DNA of 64,000 nt, taken from Torpedo marmorata (lineage: Eukaryota). This document shows, piece by piece, positions 1 to 11,209 of the stretch; the stretch's first letter is position 1, and every line of letters starts with the position of its first letter. A program made the position numbers and the translations under genes. The DNA lies in NCBI GenBank assembly GCA_977017645.1, contig OZ360228.1:50840001-50904000 (forward strand), given 5' to 3'. A model generated the notes under the pieces. It had not been told where the DNA came from and did not search any database. It was given only the letters and a program-made list of their open reading frames with translations.

Positions 1-3000
1 TGACACTCAGTTTATATTTCTCAAAGCATCAGACATGATTCGAATAGCAAGGACTTTACTCAGGAATGTTTTTATTTCAAATAGTTTAACTTACAGTGTG
101 TGTTTATAATGAAGTCCGATGCGCCTTGGAAACATGCATTGTAATTCAATTAATCAATATTATATTTACCGCTGAAGTACGCGTTTATTCTGATTGATTC
201 ACAATGGAAGTCAGATTAAATGTTGTCTGCTTTTCTTACATCATATGAAAGAGCAAATAAAAAAATGTGATGGGATTTCCCGCAATACCATTACTGGGGT
301 CGTCATCTGAAATAGCTCTGGAAAACTGGAGTGGGAATCGCTTTCAGATCGGCCTGGCAACGATGAATAATGTTGAACAGGGCAGCCGCAAGAAGGTCAT
401 TGCTATTAACTTAAGTACAGGCATCCCAAGTCCACTTAAACTTACCCAATTACACCTAATGATCTGCGGGGGAAAAAGCTCGCCCGTGACCTGACCTTCA
501 CGAAACACAGATCATCCACCGCCTTATTGCTTACTCAACAACCTGGCATTCCTGTGCATTTTAACGATTTTTTTTCTTTTTATCAATCGGGAAGTGATGG
601 GTTTTGTTCTCTATATAAAACGGTGGTTTTCGAAGTAGAATACGGTCTATAGATCTGTTTCTGCTCTTAAGTTCTCCCTTACACGAGGGAGTGGTAGTGA
701 TTATGCTCATTTGTATCACCTAGGAAAATATATTTATCGATGTTAAAGAGTAAATATAAACATACTTACGCAGAACTTTTAAAAATATAGTGGAGAAAAA
801 AAAATCCAATGGCATGTTGCCTTGTAAAATGTATGACGGGATTTAATTACATTGCTTTATGATTTTGAACTGTCTGGGCAAGTTGGAATCAACAAAATCA
901 CAAAATTGTAGAAATTATTTGTTATCTTTTCTCATCTTAGGTCAAAACTCTGATATTGTATCCAAAAATCTGTACATGTTTGCATGTTTTGTATACAATA
1001 ACAATGTGATATTTCATTGCTCAAAGTCACATTAACAGCTAAATTGGAGTTAACAAGTGAATAATTATCATTAATGCAAAATTAATATTCATCGCTGCTT
1101 CAAAAGATCAAGCACTTCCAATTGAAGTCATCCTTCTACGTTTAAATAATATAATCGCTGGATGTTCCAAATGTGCCAAAACATATTCCCCGTATAAAAA
1201 TGCCAGGATAATGGAAAGAGTATAGGAAAGATTAGAAAATTTAGTGAATTGGTTTCCCCCCGAAATGGCCCGACACTGTTCCAGGTGAATAATATTTTAT
1301 TTTTCCGATAAATAATACGCACCCTTAATGAGTTGTGTTGATTTTAATAATGAAAAAATAAAACTGTCCCATCAATTAAAGTCTTACCTCCTGGATGGCT
1401 GCGCAGAGGAGAAAGAATGATTTCTGATTTTAATAACCGCCATTTGTAACCAATTTCCATCGTTCCCCGAAAGAGCTTACAGACCAGAAGTTACATTTAA
1501 TTAGGTCAAAATAGCGAGACCTATATCGGTTAAAATAGCTTTGTTGGAGATAAGAACATAAAATATACGTGTTCGTGCCACAGAAATGAGGAAAAATCAC
1601 AAACAGCTGCTGTAATATGTTAATATTAAGCATTGTATGAAAGTAAATTAGCGTTCCGTTTTGTATGAGATTAAAATGGCTATGTGCAGAAAATATCGAA
1701 AGGGCGGAATTTATCGCAAGACTATAACAAAAAAGTCTATAAAGATTTGCCCGTTGCTTTGTTACAGCAGGCGCTAATTGCTTTTTTTCAAATTAACCTG
1801 GTTTGGTGGTTCTAATCCAGGGATAATTGCAATGGAAACACGCTTTAATGACACTCATTAAATGATCCCACTACTTATAAACACGACAAGGGCTTGTGTT
1901 TAAGAAGCAGAGAAGCATAGTCTATTAACATCCAAAATAACGACCTAAATCGGCCTGTTTTGTTTTTGCCATTATTCGGTTAATGTAAAACATTGATAAA
2001 AAGAAATATTGCTTTTCCTGCGAATTATAAATAAACAATACGTAAACGGAAAAGGGCTTTATATATCACTGATTGTATGGTTGTAAACATTCTGCTAAGA
2101 AAAGAAAATCCGGCAAAATATCCCTAATAAGGTCTTTCCCCACGAAATTAACACCCTTCTTGAAACAGGTAACTTTAAAATGCTTTCATGCGCAATTCGG
2201 GTGCGGAAGGTGCCTGTGTGGGCGACGTATTGTGGTATTATCATTTCCACAACAGCGCTCGCGATTAAAAAGTTCTCGGTATAAGTGACATCCACATTTC
2301 CAGCCATGCATGCTTGATCTCTCTCGCAAGCAGTCAGGCATTGTGCAATCAAAATAATTAGTCTTTATGTGTGATATCTTTTAAAATGCACTTAAGGAGG
2401 AAAGATAATGTCGGCAATCAGTTCTGACAATTTAGAATTACCGCCCTTAGCTCCCAAAAACAAAAAAAATGTATTAATTTTGAAATCAATTACATTGGGA
2501 GGCGAGCCGAAGATAAAAGTGCGTGGAACAACGAATAGACAGTAATGCAAAGTACACGCATTTCGCCATTCCACGCAACATGGTATTATGGACATTGAAA
2601 AGTTTACTCTCGATAATGAAAACGAAATGAGATCATTGGCGTGTTGGAAGCGACGTTATCAAATTGAGCTGTGTTTGAATTAGATTCAATGCGTACAATA
2701 TAATCGGCTCATTTAAAAACAGATCACTGACCCAGTCTTTCTGGCAAATAAACTTTGCGCGGCTACAAGGTTTCCCAATACATTTCAGGAATACAGTTGA
2801 GTATTTATTAGCAACTGGATTACTACAGCCAGCCCCGCCAGATAGCGCTAAAGGGCCGTCTAAAAGACGTGCCTTCGGATGAACTTCTCGCCCACCAAGG
2901 CAGAACATTTTCCAAAAGTTCACATCGCTTACTTTAGTTGATTGTGACCAATTTGGGGCAGAATAAGGGAATCTGATGAGTTTTCTGCTCGGCGGTTTGC

Positions 3001-6000
3001 AAGTAACCACTGAATACCAAGTCCGGTGATAATGGCTTGCTTAAAGCCGAATTTACATTGGGGTCAACAGAAGTTCAATGTAATCGCTCTCGATCTTCTT
3101 ACTACTCCTATTTTGGGTGGATTAGAATGAAGTTTATGATTCTTAAAACAATCAAACTATAATTCTAAGATTGTGGCGATTTAGAAAACACAATTCTTGG
3201 AATAAAATGACTCAGTGGCGAAACAGTCACAAAATACGAACGGTTAGTTTCAATGCTATGTCTTACCTTTTTACCCGAACAAGTGAAGACTCCAAAGTTT
3301 TGCTAAGAAAAGAAATGAAAAAATTTACACTATCCAGGGAGAAAATAATGTACGCCCGAAACGGTAATAAAGACACACTCAAGCTTAGAATGAAAGGCAA
3401 TCAAAATTAAACAAAAGAAAGCTTTAACTGTGATTAGTGTCGGGAACATTCAAACGTGTCCCTTTTGAAATCGAGATCTCGAATATAATGCAGATCCGTA
3501 ATGTAATCGTCTTCCTTTACGCTTTTCTTCATTGTTGTGAGTTTCTGTCATATATTGCACTTCTGGACCCTCCATTGACGGTTCATGATACCTTAAGTTA
3601 AACATATTGTATCGTTATTGGTGCAAATATATAAAGAACAATTTTAGCATAGTGAATTTTATAAGGGATATATCTATGTAACACTATATTTAGGAATCAA
3701 TAATTAAGCAAATATCTACATATAGATATAAAAATAGTTTAGAAAATGTTTTCTTGCACTTTCCGTATCCCTTTAATTGTGATTTTCAAATAAATTTGAA
3801 AGTGCACATCCCTTCTGCGACACAAGAAAATTACAATAACGTGCTGTGGACGTGCTCAATAACAAGATTTTCATCAGTAAATCAGAATGTAGTCCCATCA
3901 ATGTTTTAAACCACTGTTGGTTTAAAATAGACAATGGGAGGAGGGGGTGGTTGACTGCGGGCAAGGCTCGCTTCTGTAGGCTTTCTTGGTGAATTTAAGG
4001 AAGTTTTGATACATTTACCATTTCGTTCGGCGCACTTGTAGTTTTAACAGCGGGATCCTTCTCCCTCTGATTGTCTTAGTGCTGTTTTTCTTGAAACAGA
4101 TACTGTACTCTTAATGAATCTCAACACAGCTGGACTGCTCAGACTGAACAGTGATAGCTCTAACCCCAAGTTGACCTCAATGTGACACCAGAAGATGAAA
4201 TTTTACCGGCTGTTAAAGCAATCTTCCACTATCCCCTACTATCTGCTTGTTGATGAAGATGTACTCCATAACCGAACAGAGATTTACGTTATTTTACGTT
4301 ATTTAAACGGCAGCTACTTAAATCCCATCTCTTAATGAATCATATATAAAACCCATTACTTGTATTAAATTCCCGTTGAGACGTATCGATAGACAAAGCC
4401 TATAAAATTGCAAAACATAGTTAATATATTCATTGGACATGTTTTCCTAAACAAAATATAAATCCAAAGTTTTATGGGAGAAAACTCAAAACAAGTTTTT
4501 AATATATTCGGGAATAAATCGTCGCAAAAACTAACTGATAAGCCAAGAATGGCGTTGGTGTCTCATTGAAAACCAACGAAGCAATTTACACAAATGTTCT
4601 TCACGATTTGATCGTCTGCATTTGAATTCTATTACTTATTATCTGTTCTTTGCGAATCTTTAATAAACGTGATGGCACGGTTTATGTTAAAGTACTTCCG
4701 TTCGGCGCAGAAGAAAAATTTAAACCATTATATTAATAGACCCATCGATAAAATGTCGGGTGAAAACCATTCATTACAGGGTGGAACCCGTGCCTTTCTT
4801 ATTGCCGCCCTGTATAAATTGTGCGTTGGAAGTAAATTGTTTTCTCATAATATTGGTTAAAATGAAATAAATAATTTAGAACTTTTTTTGATCACTTAAA
4901 TCCGAATGTACAACTTGGCTCCCGCTGGAAAATAAAGCGTTGTTATTTTGATAAGTATCGCGTACATTACTAATTATTTGAGAGATTTTTCCGATGTTTG
5001 AAAGAAAATGCCTATTTCTGAACATAGTTTGCAGATCTGCGTGCGAGTACAGTTGGAATATTTAATCGACGCAATGCTACGGGTTACAACATATTCCAAC
5101 ATATATAAACGGTTACGGTACGATGCCGCAGTCAAACCCATTTACAAAAAATGAGTCGGAACAAATGCATTTTCAATAGTCACCGATGACTGTCACACAA
5201 CATTTACTTTTATTTATCACTTGAGAAACCCCTACTCATCGCTGCTACCAGCTCGTTGCTTTAGTGCTTTATAAAGATTTCGGTTTACAAACGCCTTGTG
5301 CCCCGGGTTCCGCTCAGAAACGCTTGTAACCGTTTGCAATGAGGTAAAAATTTGAGGCTGGTTGAATTAAACCCGAGTGTTTCGCGCATTAACCCTCCGC
5401 GCTATATACACCTAGCTTCCATTACGTTGACTTGCTACATTATGAGCAAATTAAAACACAGCTATCATAAATGTGTGGCTGCACGTTAAGGCAAAACCAT
5501 GACAAGGTTGTCATTCGTATCCAAGAATAAATGCGTCCTTGTGAAACACTTACTAAACACTCTGCTTGCACTTACCATGCTGTATGGAAGGACAAGTCGC
5601 TAGCACAGTATACCAGAAGAGTACTATCTGAAGAACATCTCGGAAGGCAGCTGAACCTTCAGTGGCTGTACGTCTTTTTCTTTTGGAGAAAACGAGGGAG
5701 AACAATGCGTAGAAGTATTTTGGGAGCGGATTTTCGACGGTGTCCTGCATTGTCAACACTCCCTAGTAAACTCAGGCAGAAGCGTGTTGGAATGCCCACT
5801 GGCGTTTGTCAACCGCTGCACTATCTTACTTTTTATATGAGGGGTGTTTTCACAAACATCATTGTTGTTATGATGCTTCGTTTAATCAAACTGCTTAATT
5901 GCAGTGGTTATCACTATCATCACCATCCTCCTAATCATTCACCTTTTTTTTTGCTTTATTGACCTCTGAAGTTGCATTATTATTATACCCCGTGTCCATA

Positions 6001-6995
6001 AAAATAAAGTGCACATATTCTAACTGTCTTGACAAAGTCGTGATTCATGTTTAATTTTGGAAATCAAATATCCAGTAGACAATGTATTTTGCCATTTTTG
6101 TGGAACCGTCGATATGTGATGTCACATGCACAAAAGACAGCGTGTCTATTGATGAAGCCAAATATTAAACGGAATAGTCCGCTTTGGCCTTTGTGCGCAG
6201 GGGACCGTGAACGAGGGGGAAAAAGACAAAACTCCTGCAATCGATGGGTCGACCAATGCTCCGCCCCTTAACTTCTAGCATCTCCTGTGATTGATGATCA
6301 GATGAAGCCATGATAATTGACTGCCATGGTGTACGGCTGGGTGCATGAATTTGGATCCAGCAAAAGGATTGGACGAGACGCACAAAATTACTTTCCCTGC
6401 AAAAGCTTTTTTTTTGGTTGGAAAAGTTCATTTGTGCTCAAGGGGGTGCAAGAGCACACTTAATTTTATAAATAACACCACACAATTAGGCACACCATTA
6501 TCCAGGATTATCGTGATAAATATCTTAACCTGCACTGCAGACCACAACAAAGCTCGAAAAGTAAGCGGGAGAAACGAGTTCGCACAAAGAATGTCTGGAA
6601 GCAAAATAAATGTAAAGCCTGTTGAACTTCGCAACTAACCACTTACTGAAATAAAACGGATGCTGTCCTCTGAAGCACCTCCGTCCCAAAACGTATGCTT
6701 GCGTGCTGGTCATTCGTGAATGGCACGAGTTAACGGGTTCCCAACGTTATATTTGCAAGTGTGCAGTGTGAAAATTCTTCAACCGCTCGAATTGCAAGAG
6801 GTTGGTTGTAAGAACACACCGCAACGTTGTAGTCATTAGCTTACTTTGGGAAGTTTTGAAATAATTTAACAAGCTAACAACTTTTTTTGTCCCAAAGATC
6901 GTGCTTGATATAAAAGAAGTGGGACACTGAACCTTATTAAGATAACGCAATGCTGATTGATTTAGAGATCTTGTCTTTTAATCTTATTTTGTGTT

Positions 6996-7200
6996 GGGGG
7001 GGGGGAGAGTGCGGGTGGGTGGGGGGCGGGATGCGGTGAGGGATTTTTTGTTTGGCTCCCCCCATGACTTGCAGCAGTCCGGATTGCATACTCTGCATAT
7101 CAGAGACTGGTTGGCGTACGACTGGCTATGGCCACCACTACTTCCGGGTTCCGTCATTCTCCCGCCGCCGCCGCTCAGCGCTGCCAGCGCATTATTACTG
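6996..7200 (+). promoter_or_regulatory. Candidate MEIS2 core/proximal promoter (GC box, ETS site, G-runs)
   Basis: G-runs at 6996-7030 including GGGGCGGG, ACTTCCGG at 7140-7147 and CCG repeats, ~600-800 nt upstream of the ATG. The TSS cannot be determined from sequence alone. Confidence 0.55.
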
Positions 7201-7456
7201 ACAACACACTCACTCTGTAACCAACCAACCTGCCACCTCCTCAATACTTACTGACAACCACTTATTCAAACAAACAACAAAAAAGCCACGAAAGAAGCCG
7301 AGGCTGCTTTTCACCCCATTCTCTCTCTTATTTTTTGTTGTTAACTCCTCGTGAACGTTTTCATCGCCGTTTCTTCTTACAGTAAGATAGCGGTCCAAGG
7401 CAGCCGGAGTTGCAACGACAGATCATCATTCATTCAATACCTTGACAACCCTGCTT

Positions 7457-7466
7457 TGATTGACAG
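7457..7466 (+). promoter_or_regulatory. PBX-MEIS/PREP decamer TGATTGACAG
   Basis: Exact match to the established PBX-TALE heterodimer consensus, located in the presumed 5' leader of MEIS2. Confidence 0.6.
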
Positions 7467-7484
7467 CTGGAGTGGCAAAAAGCC

Positions 7485-7535
7485 ATGAGAGACGACAGTT
7501 TTGTTACAAGCGGGCTGTTGACGGGCCGATCGTAA
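7485..7535 (+). other. Upstream ORF, 16 aa (MRDDSFVTSGLLTGRS)
   Basis: gccATGa context, TAA at 7533-7535, ending 241 nt before the main ATG. Confidence 0.55.
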
Positions 7536-7776
7536 CCTTCAGTATTTTTTTGGCTTGACATTTTTTTTTCGCTTCTTCTGGAAAAGAAAACAAGGGGAGA
7601 GAGGAAAAAAAAGGCAAAGTTCCCTTTCCTGGGTCCGCTTTAAACTGCGGTAGTGGAGGATAAACAGAAGTCGAAAACTGGATTGGGAAAATAAAGGGAT
7701 CTCGTTCAATCACAACTAAACCGGACTGGGGGATATTACAGAGACGGCACATCCACGAGTGTGGGAGCGCAGACTG

Positions 7777-7788
7777 ATGGCGCAAAGG
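7777..7788 (+). CDS. MEIS2: MEIS2 coding exon 1 (MAQR)
   Basis: ATG GCG CAA AGG followed by the donor GTAGGT. MAQR is the canonical MEIS1/2 N-terminus and splices in frame to exon 2. Confidence 0.95.
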
Positions 7789-8074
7789 GTAGGTTTAATC
7801 TGCAACACTCACCTATCGGATAATCCTGTATCGGCGGGGCCTGTCCGATTCTTCTCATCTAGTGATGATGGCGGCCCATATACAACAACAAAAAAAAAAG
7901 ATCGGTTTAAATGCAAACTATATATGCACGAGCGGGCGTTATGCTTATGGTAGGACTGCTGTTTTAAAAGCAATTCTGTTACAATATTTCTCCCTTCTTC
8001 TCCCTTTCCCAACCTCCCGACCATCCACCCACCCACCACCTTTTCCTGATCCTATATTGCTCTCTTCGATGCAG

Positions 8075-8304
8075 TACGATGAACTTTCTCATTACGGTGG
8101 GATGGATGGAGTTGGGGTCCCGGCGTCCATGTACGGAGACCCTCACGCCCCCCGGCCGATCCCTCCAGTTCACCACCTCAACCACGGACCACCGCTCCAC
8201 AGTCAACACTACGGACCACATACACCTCATCCCAATGTCATGCCCACGAGCATGGGTTCTGCTGTCAACGATGCCCTAAAGAGAGATAAAGATGCAATTT
8301 ATGG
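8075..8304 (+). CDS. MEIS2: MEIS2 coding exon 2
   Basis: Pyrimidine tract + GCAG acceptor; donor GTAGGT. Encodes [42 protein letters not shown]...RDKDAIYG; the [20 protein letters not shown] motif is MEIS2-type rather than MEIS1-type. Confidence 0.97.
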
Positions 8305-8890
8305 GTAGGTAATAAAATATAAAAGAACACTGACGCACTCCTCGGAGAGAGTAAAAAAATCAGTTTATAAGCAACTCAATAGAAAGCAAAATATAAAGAG
8401 CAAGTTCAGAAGGAGAGAAAGTATCTAGTTTTGAAAAGTTTTTGCATGCACGCACGGGGCACTGAACTTTGTGTCACGATTTTGCAGACACGTAGTGCAG
8501 TTGGATCCGCCGGAATATTGTTTTACATGCATGCTAAGATTTATTTTGCCATTCACAAACCTTAATGATTATAGCTTTCTGAAGTGACCGGAAGCTGCAA
8601 GTTTTTTTGCACTGTTTCTGTTGTGTTAAGTTATGTTTTACTTCAAAATGGCTGCTGCCTTGTTGCTTAACTTGAAGGGGGTGAATAACTATATAGAATT
8701 GTTAATATTTAGTTCACAATATTAACCATTACTTGTTAGCAGCAGTCTAGTTCTCCAAACATAAATTTTCAAATTGTGAGTCAGATGTAGGATTTTTCTT
8801 GAATAAATACAGATAAAAGGGCAGAGTACCTTCATTGCAAAAACAAATAGTTTTAAAAGGTTCGTGTGTTGCAGGACTGAAAAGAATTGA

Positions 8891-9139
<249 letters not shown>

Positions 9140-9376
9140 TAAATGTGTACAGTAAATTGTTTAGGTATCTACTGGTGGAACATAGAACTATTTTAATAAA
9201 TGTCTCAAATTACAAGTAATTACATATCATTTATACACTAATTGCGTTTCACATTCTGTTTATTTGGTAAATGCACCTTGCCTTTTGAGACGCTAAGACT
9301 TTCCTTGAGTGCATAAAGAGAAGTTATCAAACTCTTAATGTATTGGTTGCATTAAACTAATTTCTTTATTGTTCAG

Positions 9377-9427
9377 GTTCGCGCAGAAAAGCCATTATTC
9401 TCTTCAAATCCAGAGCTGGATAACTTG
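9377..9427 (+). CDS. MEIS2: MEIS2 coding exon 4
   Basis: ttcag acceptor, donor GTAAGA, 51 nt. Encodes VRAEKPLFSSNPELDNL. Too short to appear in the ORF track. Confidence 0.96.
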
Positions 9428-10077
9428 GTAAGACTTTCAACATTTTATTATCTTATAACACAATTTAGAGTTATATGTAAAGTGCACGTGACTGTTGTTT
9501 GTAAAGAAAACAGTGCCTCTTGTAGCTATTAGAACTCGGATGACCCTTTTGCTGAATTTTAATCAACGTGGCTCTGAAGTAAATTCCATTTATCTCGGTG
9601 GCGTTTCACAAGAGGCGAAATGTAACCCGGTGAAACACTTGCATTACAACCCCGCTCGCCAGCCCAGGAGGTTGGGGGGCGTTCAGGAAAAGACTGCTTA
9701 GCAAGAAAGAGCCACTTCAGCGTTTCCCGCACTTTCGACATGATCGTTTTGCAAATCCCCAAGAATTTTGGGTTCAAACGACCAAAAGCCGACTTCAAAC
9801 ACGTATTGAGATTTGTGGTCCCCGTCTGAGACAGCCTCTTAGCTCCAAGAACATTTTTAAAAGAAACGGGCTAACACTGGGAACACGAAAACATTTCATA
9901 ACAGAGCTGAATTCTATAATGTCGATTTTCGAAACGTTAAAAAAGATAATGTAATCTGCATGATTGAACGCGTTTGCTATGTTTAAAGTTTTACTTTCGC
10001 CATACAACCTTTACCAAAGAATTAAAGGCGATTAGTATTTCTGTTTGACATATCTAACATTGGTGATAAATTTGCAG

Positions 10078-10128
10078 ATGATTCAAGCTATACAAGTATT
10101 AAGGTTCCATCTCTTGGAATTAGAAAAG
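10078..10128 (+). CDS. MEIS2: MEIS2 coding exon 5 (HM2)
   Basis: ttgcag acceptor, donor GTAAAG, 51 nt. Encodes MIQAIQVLRFHLLELEK. Confidence 0.97.
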
Positions 10129-10843
10129 GTAAAGTCTGATTTTTTTTGTTGCTCTTTTCGATCTCTTGTATTTCCAAATGCCTCTGTGCAATTGGAGCGT
10201 GCACTGTTTAAAGTACTGCGCAAAACGGGCTTAATTGCAAATCAAGCATTAAACCAAACATCTATTTTGTTAAATTGTTAGAAGAAACATTGCAAAAATA
10301 CAAATTGACGATGTCGCTGAGGGCGCTTGATTTTTCTAAGATCAAACCGAAACAAAATGTACCGGACAGGTTCATGAGGCTACCTTCTACTGTAAGACAC
10401 TGAGCTTTTTAATAAAAACACTTGGTTTATAAGTACTAGGCTTGAACTCTACTGTGGCTTTGAGTTTGAATGCAATATTAATTATACACTATTGCAAAGT
10501 AATTTCCATACTGGAGCTTAAGTGTTTAACTTACAGGGTCAAACAGAATACCCAATGCTGCAACTGCTTCACAATGTATTGTCTACAGTTAAGGAATCAA
10601 ATTATTAATAATATTTTCAGCAAAGGATCAGATGAAATACAATTAGGCCGTTAAAATACAACCAATAATGTAAAGAAAGATGTCCCGTTTTAATACAACA
10701 CTCATAGTAAAAAAAACATGAATTTATGAACGAGCAGTAAGATGATATGGGTCGTTTTGTGCATAGGGGTATTTGCTAATGTTAACTGCATATTTTTTGT
10801 CCTGTTTCAAATACTTGTTGCTCCAGTCTCTGGAGAGTAATAA

Positions 10844-11209
<366 letters not shown>

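Noticed and set aside
5531-5962. 143-aa upstream ORF and the other short ORFs in the track
   Set aside because: No homology, splice structure or coding signature; consistent with chance ORFs.
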